The notes under the pieces are model-generated. The model saw only the letters and a program-made list of their open reading frames with translations. It searched no databases and had not been told where the DNA came from. Position numbers and translations under genes: made by a program. A stretch of 64,000 nt of DNA from assembly GCA_963715865.1 (NCBI GenBank), contig OY970280.1, forward strand, positions 1,728,001-1,792,000. Reading direction: 5' to 3'. This DNA is from Candidatus Bathyarchaeota archaeon (lineage in GTDB: Archaea > Thermoproteota > Bathyarchaeia > Bathyarchaeales > Bathycorpusculaceae). This document shows positions 36,664-46,866 of the stretch, in pieces. Each line of letters opens with the position of its first letter. Position 1 is the stretch's first letter.

Positions 36664-39600
36664 TTACCAGAGTTTCCAGGGCAGGTCGTCCATGTACTCG
36701 TTGAGTGAGCGGATTGAATTGCCATTTTTACCTTTCTGCTTTAACACTTCCACCAACGCATCGGCTAACTGCAAGTTCGTTATCACTGGCACGTTAAATT
36801 CTACTGCTTGGCGTCGGATGATGTAGCCGTCGGTTAAAATTTCTGAGTAATTGGCCTGCTTGTTAGCCATGGGTACGTTAATTACTAAGTCTATTTTGCG
36901 TTCTTGCAGGTAATCGAGGATGTTTGGGTTAGCTTGAGCTTCCTTAACCTTGTAGAGCACTGTAGCGTTTACGCCGTTAGCATTAAGTACAGCAGCTGTA
37001 TGCGCGGTCGCGTAGATTTTAAAACCCATCTCAGCCAAAGCCTTAGCTATCGGCACAACTCGTTTTTTGCGTTCTTCATCGCCGCCAACACTTATGAATA
37101 CTGCACCATCTTTTGGTGGAATTTTGAATTCTGCAGACTGCAATGCCTTGGAAAAAGCGTCAGAGAAGTTTTCTCCTAAACACGCTACCTCACCAGTGCT
37201 GAGCATTTCTACTCCGAGAACAGGGTCAGCGCCGCTTAAGCGCATAAAGCTGAACTGCGGAACCTTAACTCCAACGTGAGGGGCAATGGTCATTGGTGAG
37301 AGTTTAACGCCATCGATTTTTTTGCCTAGCATCGCCAAAGTGGCTAGCTCAATGAGGTTTATTCCGCGTGTTTTGCTGACAAAAGGCATTGAACGCGATG
37401 CTCGCAGGTTGCATTCAATGACACTAACTACGTCGTCTTTAACGAGGTATTGGATGTTGTATGGTCCGTGAATTTTAAGCGCTTTGACTATGCTTAGTGT
37501 GTAGTCCTCAATTTTCTTCTGAACCTCAACCTTTAATGCTTGAGGGGGAATGGTCATGGTTGCGTCGCCGCTATGGACGCCAGCATTTTCCACGTGTTCC
37601 ATTATGGCGCCAATCAGCACGTTTTCTCCGTCAGAAACGCCATCAACCTCAACTTCTTTAGCGCGATTTATGAATTTGCTGATAACTACTGGGTGGTCGC
37701 GTGAAACCTTAGCTGCCAAGTTCAGAAAATTTTCCAGCGATGTTTCGTTGTAAGCTACACGCATCGCGGAGCCTGACAGCACGTAGCTTGGGCGAACGAT
37801 AACTGGGTAACCGATTTTTTCGGCAAACCGTTTGGCGTCGGCAATTGATAGTAGTTTGCTCCAGCTAGGCTGACCAATCCCAAGCTGGTCAAGAAGCGCG
37901 CTGAATTTTGAGCGGTCTTCAGCCAAATCGACGTTTTCGGCGGAAGTTCCTAGCAGTTTTACTCCTGCGTTGGATAGGTTCATGGCTAAATTGTTTGGAA
38001 TTTGACCGCCGACACTGGTGATGACGCCTAACGGGTTCTCTTTCTCATAAATATCCAAGATTCGTTCAGTTGTAAGTTCCTCAAAGTACAGTTTATCAGA
38101 AACATCGTAGTCCGTAGAGACTGTTTCAGGGTTATAGTTAACCATTATTGCTTCTTGAATACCGTTCTTCTTTAAAGCCCAAATCGTGTTGACGCCGCAC
38201 CAGTCAAACTCCACGCTTGAGCCTATTCTGAAGACACCCGCGCCTAACACGATAACTTTGCTTGTGTTACTTGTTAATTCAATGTCATCTTCGTCTCCAC
38301 CGTAAGTCAGATAGAGATAGTTTGTTTTTGCTGGCCATTCAGCTGCCAACGTATCAATCTGCTTAACTACTGGGACAATGTTTGCGTTTTTTCTAAACGT
38401 TCTAATTGTTGATTCATCAGTGCTTTGACATGTGGCGATTTGCTCATCAGAAAATCCTAAACGTTTAGCTTCACGAATAACTTCAGCTGCTGAGCTATGT
38501 CCAAGGTTTAGCTCCCGCAGTTCTGCTTCCATGTTAATAATATTTTGAATTTTGTACAGGAAGAATGGATCAACACCGCTTAAACGGTAGATTTCCATGA
38601 TGGGTATGCCCATTTTTAACGCTTTAACAATCGTGTAGAGCCTCTCGTCTGTCGGGTTCGCAAGCACATCACGTATTCTCTCTTCAGTCTCAGGCTCTGA
38701 ATCTTCTGGGTTGCAAACTAAGCCTATCTTGCCAGTGTCCAACATGCGCACGGCTTTTTGCAGTGCCTCTTCAAAGCAGCGACCAATAGCCATAACCTCA
38801 CCCACGGAACGCATCTGCGGACCAATGTGGCGATCAGCGTTCTTGAATTTCTGCAGGTCCCAGCGTGGAATTTTCACAGTTATGTAGTCTAAGGCTGGTT
38901 CAAAGCATGCTGTGGTGACTTCCGTTACTTTGTTTATTAGTTCTGGAAGCAAATAGCCCAGCGTCAGTTTTGTCGCTATGTAAGCTAAGGGGTAACCAGT
39001 TACTTTGCTTGCGAGTGCCGAGCTTCTGGACATGCGCGAGTTAACTTCGATTACACGGTACTCTTCTGATTTCGGATGCAGAGCCCATTGGATGTTGCAT
39101 TCGCCAACAATGCCTAAACTGCGTATTGCATTTATCGATGTTGAGCGGATAAGGTGGTATTCACGGTTTGATAGTGTTTGCGAGGGAGCTACAACTATAG
39201 AGTCTCCTGTGTGGACGCCCATGGGGTCGAAGTTTTCCATGTTGCAGACCGTAAGGCAGTTGTCTGCGTAGTCGCGCATAACTTCATATTCGACTTCTTT
39301 CCAGTGTCCAACGTACTCTTCAACAAGTATTTGGCTTATTCGACTTTGGACTAAACCACGGGTTGCTATTTCTTTAAGTTCCCAAGGGTTGCGGGCTACG
39401 CCTGCGCCTTTACCGCCAAGAGTATACGCAACCCTAATCATAACTGGATAACCAATCTCATCAGCCACTTCCAAGGCTTGTTTAACGGTTGTGGCTGATT
39501 TGCTTTTTAATGGCGGAACACCTGCTTTAAGCATTGCTTGCCGGAAACGTTCACGGTCGCCCGTGTCTTCTATCGCTTGGATGGGTGTGCCTAAAACTTT

Positions 39601-39945
39601 AACGTTGTATTTTTGCAGAACCCCTGTTTTTTCAAGTTCCAAACCGCAGTTTAAAGCGGTTTGTCCACCGAAGCCCAAAAGGATGCCGTCGGGCCGTTCT
39701 TTTGCGATAACTTTCTCAACGTACTCAGGCGTGACTGGAAGAAGATACACTTTTCCTGACAACCGCGGGTCAGTCTGAATAGTCGCAATGTTAGGATTAA
39801 CCAACACCGTTTCTATGCCCTCTTCCCGTAGAGCCTTGAGGCATTGGCTTCCCGAGTAGTCAAATTCGGCTGCTTCACCGATTTTTATGGCGCCACTTCC
39901 AAGAACCATCACTTTCTTTATCCAGTCAAACTTTGGCATACTCAT
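36664..39945 (-). CDS. carB: Carbamoyl-phosphate synthase large subunit
   Basis: GSG.I.IG.AAEFDYSG.Q, HTGDSIVVAP, IEVN.R.SRSSAL, HSGDAT, and an MGS domain. Confidence 0.98.
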   Translation of the reverse strand: MSMPKFDWIKKVMVLGSGAIKIGEAAEFDYSGSQCLKALREEGIETVLVNPNIATIQTDPRLSGKVYLLPVTPEYVEKVIAKERPDGILLGFGGQTALNCGLELEKTGVLQKYNVKVLGTPIQAIEDTGDRERFRQAMLKAGVPPLKSKSATTVKQALEVADEIGYPVMIRVAYTLGGKGAGVARNPWELKEIATRGLVQSRISQILVEEYVGHWKEVEYEVMRDYADNCLTVCNMENFDPMGVHTGDSIVVAPSQTLSNREYHLIRSTSINAIRSLGIVGECNIQWALHPKSEEYRVIEVNSRMSRSSALASKVTGYPLAYIATKLTLGYLLPELINKVTEVTTACFEPALDYITVKIPRWDLQKFKNADRHIGPQMRSVGEVMAIGRCFEEALQKAVRMLDTGKIGLVCNPEDSEPETEERIRDVLANPTDERLYTIVKALKMGIPIMEIYRLSGVDPFFLYKIQNIINMEAELRELNLGHSSAAEVIREAKRLGFSDEQIATCQSTDESTIRTFRKNANIVPVVKQIDTLAAEWPAKTNYLYLTYGGDEDDIELTSNTSKVIVLGAGVFRIGSSVEFDWCGVNTIWALKKNGIQEAIMVNYNPETVSTDYDVSDKLYFEELTTERILDIYEKENPLGVITSVGGQIPNNLAMNLSNAGVKLLGTSAENVDLAEDRSKFSALLDQLGIGQPSWSKLLSIADAKRFAEKIGYPVIVRPSYVLSGSAMRVAYNETSLENFLNLAAKVSRDHPVVISKFINRAKEVEVDGVSDGENVLIGAIMEHVENAGVHSGDATMTIPPQALKVEVQKKIEDYTLSIVKALKIHGPYNIQYLVKDDVVSVIECNLRASRSMPFVSKTRGINLIELATLAMLGKKIDGVKLSPMTIAPHVGVKVPQFSFMRLSGADPVLGVEMLSTGEVACLGENFSDAFSKALQSAEFKIPPKDGAVFISVGGDEERKKRVVPIAKALAEMGFKIYATAHTAAVLNANGVNATVLYKVKEAQANPNILDYLQERKIDLVINVPMANKQANYSEILTDGYIIRRQAVEFNVPVITNLQLADALVEVLKQKGKNGNSIRSLNEYMDDLPWKLW

Positions 39946-41087
39946 TGAGCCTCCAACATTTTCGCAAACTTATCAAACAGCAATTCAGTGTCGTATGGTC
40001 CTGGCGAGGCTTCAGGATGCCATTGTACAGCAAAGACTGGCTTGTTCTTGTGTTTGATGCCTTCTGTTGTTTTGTCGTTGGCGTTAATGAACCAAGTTTC
40101 CAATGGGGTTTTCTTTAGGGATTCTATGTCTACAGCGTAACCGTGATTTTGGGTTGTAATGTAGCAGCGTCTGTTGTTTAGGTCGAGGGCTGGTTGGTTT
40201 TGGGATCGGTGACCAAACTTTAACTTATAAGTGTCTCCGCCCAACGCCAATGCCAGTATTTGAGCCCCAAGGCAAATGCCCATAAACGGAACCTTATCAA
40301 CAACTTCGCGAACGCACTCGATTGTTTTCACGCATTTCTTTGGGTCTCCTGGACCGTTGCTTAAGAAAACACCATCAGGATTGTGAGACATTATTTCGCT
40401 GGCTGAAGTATCATAGGGCACGCGTACAACGTTTATGCCTCGTTTAAGCAGGTTACGGATGATGCTGTATTTGACTCCACAGTCGATTAGGACAACGGTT
40501 TTTTTACCGTCCACGCTGTACCTAATTGGTTTTTTCACTGAAACTTCCTTAACCAAATCCGTTAAGTTAGGGTCAGCAATGTTTTTGCCGTTCTTTAAGA
40601 GAGCATCCAAGTCAGGTTCTTCGTTTGCGTCAAAAACCTGCAAAATCCCCAGCATGACACCGTGAGTTCTAAGTTTCTTTGTTAAGCGTCTTGTGTCGAC
40701 TCCGTATATTCCAGGAACGCCTTCGTCTAATAGCCACTTGTCTAGGGTTCTTGTTGACGCCCAATGATACGGTTCATGGCATAACTCGTGAATTACTAAT
40801 CCTTGTACTTGTATGTGGTCTGACTCGAAATAGAGCGGAAGACCAAGGTTCAATTCGTTCGATGGAACGCCGTAGTTGCCTACAAGCGGGTAAGTTAAGG
40901 TTAAAACTTGTCCTTTGTACGATGGATCAGTAAGCGCTTCTGGATAGCCAACCATTTGAGTTGAGAATACTACTTCGCCCGAGATTTTTCCTGTTGCTCC
41001 AAAACCGTTGCCGATAAATGACGTTCCGTCTTCAAGAAGCAGAATTGCTTTTTTATTTTTGTTGGACGTGCTATGTTGTGGGACCAA
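39942..41087 (-). CDS. carA: Carbamoyl-phosphate synthase small subunit
   Basis: LEDG, GE.VF.T.M.GY, SNGPGDP, GICLG, QNHGY, QWHPEASPGP.D. Confidence 0.98.
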   Translation of the reverse strand: MVPQHSTSNKNKKAILLLEDGTSFIGNGFGATGKISGEVVFSTQMVGYPEALTDPSYKGQVLTLTYPLVGNYGVPSNELNLGLPLYFESDHIQVQGLVIHELCHEPYHWASTRTLDKWLLDEGVPGIYGVDTRRLTKKLRTHGVMLGILQVFDANEEPDLDALLKNGKNIADPNLTDLVKEVSVKKPIRYSVDGKKTVVLIDCGVKYSIIRNLLKRGINVVRVPYDTSASEIMSHNPDGVFLSNGPGDPKKCVKTIECVREVVDKVPFMGICLGAQILALALGGDTYKLKFGHRSQNQPALDLNNRRCYITTQNHGYAVDIESLKKTPLETWFINANDKTTEGIKHKNKPVFAVQWHPEASPGPYDTELLFDKFAKMLEAQ

Positions 41088-41100
41088 AGCCCTATACTAC

Positions 41101-42612
41101 CTACAAGTTTGAATTTTTAAGTCTTGTGTTTAATGGGGGATTTGAAAGAGAGTAAGATTCTACGATGGAATTGAGGGTGCTTTCTGCGTCCGCAAGGTTC
41201 TGTTTCAGTTTAGTTATGTTGGTTTTTGCATGTGCAATGTTTTTCTTTCTTGTGACGATGGATTTTTCAACCTCGACGGGTGAAGGACCACCTAGTACTT
41301 TATATGTTTCGATTAGTTTGTGCGGATTTGTACATTCAACTATGTCCTCTTTTTTAACCGTTAATTTTACGCCAGCTGCTTCCTGAGCTATTTTTTGCAG
41401 CAGTTCAGGTGCCGCATCCAGCAAAGTTTGCTTAGAATCAATTAGTGACTTGACAAGAGCGCCAACTATCTTATGCGAGGTTCGGAAAGCAACATTGTAT
41501 TTTCGCACAAGCACATTAGCAAGCTCGGTTGCGCCCACAAAACCTGCCGCAGCTTTGCCTTCATCGATTGTTGACACTTTCAAATTAGGCATAAGCTTTG
41601 CAAATATGCTCAGTGAGTTGGCTAAATTGTCTATTGAAGCCCAAAGTTTCGGCGTTATCTCTTGGAAATCAAGGTTATAGGTTGATGGCAAACTTTTCAT
41701 GGCAGCAGTCGAAGCCACAAAATCACCCAGCACATGGCTGGCTCTTGCACGGATAACCTCAAGCACTTCTGGGTTCTTTTTTTGTGGCATGATGCTGCTG
41801 GTTGATGTGAAATCGTCAGGTAACTCCACTGTGCCGAACTCTGGCGAACTCCAAATTATCAGGTCTTCGGCTAAGCGGCTCAAATTCACTGCAAGTAAAG
41901 TTAGTGCCGCTTGGGTTTCAAGGATAAAGTCTCGACTGCCAACCGCATCAATCGAATTCTCCAACACCGCGTTGAAGCCTAATAATTCTGCTGTTCTCTT
42001 GCGATTTATTGGGAAACTTGTTGTTGCTAATGCTCCAGAGCCAAGAGGGCAAAGATTAACCCGTTCATAAACGCCCTGAAGTCTTTCCAAGTCACGCCCT
42101 AACCCATCAAAATGCGAAAGCAAGTAGTGGGCAAACGTAACTGGTTGTGCTGGTTGCAGGTGAGTGTATTCCAAAATGACCGTGTCGACGTGTTTGCTGG
42201 CTGTGTCCAAGAGGCTTTCCTGCATCTGAAGCACGTTAAACATCAATTCAACAAGTTCTTTTCTGAGTTGCATGCGGATGGCGGTTGTGACTTGGTCGTT
42301 TCTGCTTTTTGCGATGTGCAGGTTTCCGCCTACTTCTGGTCCTGTTTCGTTTAGGACTGCTTCTTCCACTGCCATGTGAACGTCTTCAGCGGAAGGGTCA
42401 AGCTTAATGCTGGATTGCTTTGAGAGGGCTTTTAGGATTTTTGCTCCGTCTTGCCATTGGATTATTTTCTGTTCCATCAGCATTACAATGTGGGCTTTGT
42501 TGATGTCAACCACAGCCGTGGCTAAGCGAGCGTCATCTTTTATTGAAGAAGTAAATTTAGCCACATCTTCACGCACGGACGACAGTCGTCCGCCATGCAG
42601 TATTTTTGACGT
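41101..42612 (-). CDS. argH: Argininosuccinate lyase (probable ACG start at 42612; ORF track start 42576)
   Basis: SRNDQV, YTHLQ.AQP, GSGALA, STSSIMPQKKNP. In-frame upstream extension SKILHGGRL follows SD GGAGAGTGA. Confidence 0.95.
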   Translation of the reverse strand, partial: TSKILHGGRLSSVREDVAKFTSSIKDDARLATAVVDINKAHIVMLMEQKIIQWQDGAKILKALSKQSSIKLDPSAEDVHMAVEEAVLNETGPEVGGNLHIAKSRNDQVTTAIRMQLRKELVELMFNVLQMQESLLDTASKHVDTVILEYTHLQPAQPVTFAHYLLSHFDGLGRDLERLQGVYERVNLCPLGSGALATTSFPINRKRTAELLGFNAVLENSIDAVGSRDFILETQAALTLLAVNLSRLAEDLIIWSSPEFGTVELPDDFTSTSSIMPQKKNPEVLEVIRARASHVLGDFVASTAAMKSLPSTYNLDFQEITPKLWASIDNLANSLSIFAKLMPNLKVSTIDEGKAAAGFVGATELANVLVRKYNVAFRTSHKIVGALVKSLIDSKQTLLDAAPELLQKIAQEAAGVKLTVKKEDIVECTNPHKLIETYKVLGGPSPVEVEKSIVTRKKNIAHAKTNITKLKQNLADAESTLNSIVESYSLSNPPLNTRLKNSNL

Positions 42613-42648
42613 TTTCTTTCACTCTCCTGCTTGTTCACCATATATTGC

Positions 42649-43872
42649 TTAGGTTTGCTTAGTTTTTTCAGCTGCTTTTTTGCCTGTCTTTTTTAGAGTA
42701 TTGTACATTCTTGTTTGGAGTCCCCACAATTCAATGAAGCCTTTAGAGTAGGACTGGTTGAACGTGGTTTTGATGTTGTAGTTGGCTAAGTTCTTATCGT
42801 AGAGTGACATTGGCGATGAGCGTCCGACTACTTGCAAGCTGCTCTTGTAGAGTTTAAGTTTGACTTCTCCGTTCACGTTCTCTTGAGACTTGTTGATGAA
42901 AGCGTCAAGGTCATCTTTGAGCGGATCAACCCATAAGCCCGCATAGGCTAAAAATACCCATTGGGCATCGATTTGCTGTTTGAATAGGACTTCATGACGC
43001 GTCATAACCATCTTTTCAAGGTCTTTATGAGCTTCCAAAATGACTGTGGCAGCTGGGCACTCATAAACTTCCCTAGATTTTATGCCTACTAATCGGTCTT
43101 CAATGTGGTCTATGCGCCCTACACCGTGCTTGCCAGCGATTTTATTCATTGTTTCAATAAGTTCGAGCGGTTTCATGTTTTCATTGTTAACGGCTACTGG
43201 CACTCCAGCCTCAAATTTTAAGGTGACCAGTTCTGGCGTGTTTGGCGCTTTTTCAGCTGAAACAGTCCATTCGTAAGCATCTTCGGGCGGCGCTTGGCTT
43301 GCATCTTCGAGCAGTCCGCATTCGATTGCTCTTCCCCAGACGCTTGCGTCTATGCTGTATTTTTTGGCTGCGTTGGAGACTGGGATGCCTTTGGTTTTTG
43401 CGTAAGCGATTTCTTCTTCGCGTGTCATGCCCCACTCGCGTACTGGAGCAATAATTTTTTTGTCTGGTGCTAAGGAGCCAAGGGTAACGTCAAAGCGTAC
43501 TTGGTCGTTGCCTCTACCTGTGCAGCCGTGGGCTAAACCTGTGGCGCCTTCTTTTTCGGCGATTTCAACCATCTTTGATGCGATTAGTGGTCGAGATAGG
43601 CTTGTGCTTATCGGATACTTTCCCTCGTAAAGGGCGTTAGCTTTTATCGCGGGAAAAATGTAGTCTTTTGCAAACTCGTCTTTGGCATCGATTGAAAAAT
43701 GTTTGAGAACGCCGAGTTTTTTGGCTTTCTCCTCAGCGGCTTTCAGGTCTTCTTGTTGGCCAACGTCTACGGTTACGGTTATTACTTGTGCGTTGTATTT
43801 TTCTTGGAGGTACTTGATTAATACGGATGTGTCCAATCCGCCTGAGTACGCTAGCACGATTTTTTCGGTTAT
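42649..43872 (-). CDS. argG: Argininosuccinate synthase (probable ATA start at 43872; ORF track start 43857)
   Basis: VLAYSGGLDTS, HGCTG.GNDQVRF, GIKSREVYE. In-frame upstream TEKI follows SD GGGGGAG. Confidence 0.96.
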   Translation of the reverse strand: MTEKIVLAYSGGLDTSVLIKYLQEKYNAQVITVTVDVGQQEDLKAAEEKAKKLGVLKHFSIDAKDEFAKDYIFPAIKANALYEGKYPISTSLSRPLIASKMVEIAEKEGATGLAHGCTGRGNDQVRFDVTLGSLAPDKKIIAPVREWGMTREEEIAYAKTKGIPVSNAAKKYSIDASVWGRAIECGLLEDASQAPPEDAYEWTVSAEKAPNTPELVTLKFEAGVPVAVNNENMKPLELIETMNKIAGKHGVGRIDHIEDRLVGIKSREVYECPAATVILEAHKDLEKMVMTRHEVLFKQQIDAQWVFLAYAGLWVDPLKDDLDAFINKSQENVNGEVKLKLYKSSLQVVGRSSPMSLYDKNLANYNIKTTFNQSYSKGFIELWGLQTRMYNTLKKTGKKAAEKTKQT

Positions 43873-43999
43873 TTTTTTTGCTCCCCCATTTTTTGATTCG
43901 AATTATTCCCCTAACCTTCAATGCTGTATTTTTAAAGGTTGTGACTTTTTTGTTACTTAATAAAATTTAAATGTCCCATTTGATACATTCAGTGTCATT

Positions 44000-44578
44000 A
44001 TGACTATAGCTCAAAACGTGAGAAACCACCTGCGAAACAAACCATACCTACTAGAAGCCCTGGAAAAAGGCATAGTAAACCTAAGCGAGCTGTCAAGACA
44101 AATACAGAAAGAATTGAAAACCGATGACACAAGCGCCATAAAAGCCGCATTACGCCGTTATTCAGAAGAACTGCAAAAACACAAGCAGAAAAGAGAAGAA
44201 AAAGTCCTCCAACTCCTGAAACGCAGCGGCATAGCAGTTTATGACCGAAAATCCGTCATGATAACAGGCAAAGAAATTACCTCAAAAAATGGTATGAAAG
44301 TTGATTTACTAGGCAAATTCGTTTACCTACTCGACAGAAGCGATTTACCTGAACGCATAAACGCCCTCGTCAAACATGACAACTGCACAATGATTGTTAT
44401 TCATTCACCCGAGGAACTGGAGGCAACGCCGGGAGTTGTCGCATTCCTAGCAACGATACTGGCAGAGCAGAACGTGAACATTATTGAGTTCATTTCATGC
44501 TGGACTGAAACTATTATTGTGGTTGAGAAAAAAGACAGCCTAAAAACCTATGAAATTTTGTCCAACATGGTGGGCTAA
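44000..44578 (+). CDS. ACT-domain protein with N-terminal helical (possible HTH) region
   Basis: C-terminal ATPGVVAFLA..LAEQNVNIIEFISCWTETII. N-terminal GIVNLSELSR.I...AIKAALRRY. Confidence 0.8.
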   Translation: MTIAQNVRNHLRNKPYLLEALEKGIVNLSELSRQIQKELKTDDTSAIKAALRRYSEELQKHKQKREEKVLQLLKRSGIAVYDRKSVMITGKEITSKNGMKVDLLGKFVYLLDRSDLPERINALVKHDNCTMIVIHSPEELEATPGVVAFLATILAEQNVNIIEFISCWTETIIVVEKKDSLKTYEILSNMVG

Positions 44579-44660
44579 AATGCAACAAAACAGTTTCAAA
44601 CGAAACAACAATGTTAATAATTTCACAATCCATAACTTGGGCTAAAGTAGAAGTGACAAG

Positions 44661-45611
44661 ATGCCCCTAAAACAAGTAACAATCAAGTCGCCTGCAACAA
44701 GCGCTAATCTTGGGCCAGGCTTTGACGTTTTCGGCTTAGCATTAGAGCAACCCAGGGATAAAGTAACGATACAGGCTATTCTTGACGGGGTAAAAATACA
44801 AGTCACTGGACTCTCAGCACAAACAATATCCACCATACCAGAAAAGAACACCGCTGGCATAGTAGCTAACCAAATCATAAAGGAATTCTCAATTAAAACA
44901 GGGTTAAACCTAAAAATTGAAAAAGGCATAAAGCCCGGAGCAGGTTTAGGAAGCAGTGCAGCTTCCGCGGCTGCGGTGGCTTACGGTTTAAACTGCCTAT
45001 TCAACCTCGGCTTAAGTAACACTGAGTTGATTCGGTTTGCTGCCAAGGGCGAATTAGCCTCTGCTGGTTTTGAGCATGCGGATAATGTTTCGGCAGCTAT
45101 TTACGGAAACTTTGTAATAATCAAATCTTATAACCCCTTATCTGTAGTTAACTTGGAGTGCCCAAAAAACATGGAGATCTGCGTTGCTTTGCCACACATT
45201 ATTATTCCAGCAGACAAAACGAGAAAGGCTCGGTTGATAGTTCCAAAAATGGTTCCAATAGACAAGCACATTTACAATGTTGGAAGGGCTGCGGCCATGG
45301 CTAGCGGCTTTGCCAATGGCGATGTAGACTTAATCGGAGAATCCATGTCAGATGCTGTTGTGGAGCCAACACGAGCAGCTTTTATTCCTGGTTACCATCA
45401 AGTAAAAGAGAACGCGTATAAAGCAGGCGCATGTGGAGTAGCCATTAGCGGTGCTGGACCAGCCATGATAGCTATAGTTAACAAGAAAACCGTTGACTCA
45501 GCCAAAGTTGCCCACGCAATGCAGGAAGGGTTCAAATCAGCAGGCATTGACTCAACGGCTTTCGTTACTAAACCGGGAAAAGGCGCTTGCCTATTGGAGA
45601 TGAAACAATGA
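44661..45611 (+). CDS. thrB: Homoserine kinase
   Basis: PATSANLGPGFD, GLGSSAASAAA, HADNV, ISGAGP. Confidence 0.96.
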   Translation: MPLKQVTIKSPATSANLGPGFDVFGLALEQPRDKVTIQAILDGVKIQVTGLSAQTISTIPEKNTAGIVANQIIKEFSIKTGLNLKIEKGIKPGAGLGSSAASAAAVAYGLNCLFNLGLSNTELIRFAAKGELASAGFEHADNVSAAIYGNFVIIKSYNPLSVVNLECPKNMEICVALPHIIIPADKTRKARLIVPKMVPIDKHIYNVGRAAAMASGFANGDVDLIGESMSDAVVEPTRAAFIPGYHQVKENAYKAGACGVAISGAGPAMIAIVNKKTVDSAKVAHAMQEGFKSAGIDSTAFVTKPGKGACLLEMKQ

Positions 45612-46858
45612 CACATCAAGAATGCATAAACTGCAAAACAAAATACGACATAGATGAGATTGTTTATTTCTGCAAGAAATGCGGAGACATACTAGAAATA
45701 AAATTTGACTTCAAAAAGTTAGCGGAAACCCTCAAAGGCAGCGACTGGAAAAAAACACCCTTGTCCGTTTGGCGATACCGCGACTTCATGCCCATCCACG
45801 AAGCCGCACACATAGTCACCCTAAACGAAGGCGGCACGGGTCTGCACCGTTCCCAACGCTTAGGCGACAAATTAGGACTAAAGCAACTGTACGTTAAGAA
45901 CGAGGGAGAAAACCCTACAGGCAGCTTCAAAGACCGCGGCATGACCGTCGGTGTCACAAAAGCAGTTGAGCTCGGTGCAAGGCATGTTATCTGCGCTTCA
46001 ACAGGCAACACTTCCGCGAGTTTAGCCGCTTATGCTGCAAGGGCTGGGTTGAAATGCACAGTTCTTATTCCCTCTGGCAAGATTGCTTATGGAAAACTGG
46101 CGCAAGCCATGATTCACGGCGCCAAAGTTTTGCAGGTCCGAGGCAACTTTGATCAAGCCTTAGAATTCGTTCTTAAACTGGCTGAGAAGCACAGGAACAT
46201 TTACCTTCTTAACTCGATTAATCCCTTCCGTATCGAAGGGCAGAAATCCTTAGGCTATGAAATCTGCGAGCAACTAAACAATGAGGCACCTGATAGAATT
46301 ATCGTGCCTGTTGGAAACGCTGGGAACATAAGCGCTATCTGGAAAGGCTTAACCGAATTCTACAAACTTGGCTTCATAAAAACACTGCCCAAAATGACGG
46401 GGATACAAGCTGCTGGCTCCGCGCCCATAGCGCAGGCAATCAAAACTAACAGCAACAACATAATTCCAGTAGAAAAGCCCGAAACGGTCGCCACAGCCAT
46501 CCGAATCGGCGCTCCAGTAAGCTGGAAGAAAGCTGTAAACGCCATTCGCGAATCGCATGGAACAGCTGAAACCGTGACTGACGAGGAAATCTTGGACGCA
46601 CAGAAAACCCTTGCCAGAATTGAGGGCATTTTCGTGGAACCCGCAAGCGCCTCATCCATCGCTGGCTTAAGGAAACTTGTAAACAACGGTGTTATCGGCA
46701 AGGATGAGCGTGTTGTCTGTGTTACCACTGGGCATGGGCTCAAGGACCCTGATACGGCAATTAAGCAGAGTGAGAAACCAATTGAAGTTGACGCTGACAT
46801 TTCAGCCATCGAAAATGCTTTAGGCTTGAAAGAGAAAGTGGCAATCCTAGCAAGGTGA
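45608..46858 (+). CDS. thrC: Threonine synthase
   Basis: NPTGSFKDRG, CASTGNTSASLAAY, VPVGNAGN, EPASA. Start reassigned to the ATG overlapping the thrB stop. Confidence 0.96.
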   Translation: MTHQECINCKTKYDIDEIVYFCKKCGDILEIKFDFKKLAETLKGSDWKKTPLSVWRYRDFMPIHEAAHIVTLNEGGTGLHRSQRLGDKLGLKQLYVKNEGENPTGSFKDRGMTVGVTKAVELGARHVICASTGNTSASLAAYAARAGLKCTVLIPSGKIAYGKLAQAMIHGAKVLQVRGNFDQALEFVLKLAEKHRNIYLLNSINPFRIEGQKSLGYEICEQLNNEAPDRIIVPVGNAGNISAIWKGLTEFYKLGFIKTLPKMTGIQAAGSAPIAQAIKTNSNNIIPVEKPETVATAIRIGAPVSWKKAVNAIRESHGTAETVTDEEILDAQKTLARIEGIFVEPASASSIAGLRKLVNNGVIGKDERVVCVTTGHGLKDPDTAIKQSEKPIEVDADISAIENALGLKEKVAILAR

Positions 46859-46866
46859 AATAGAAC

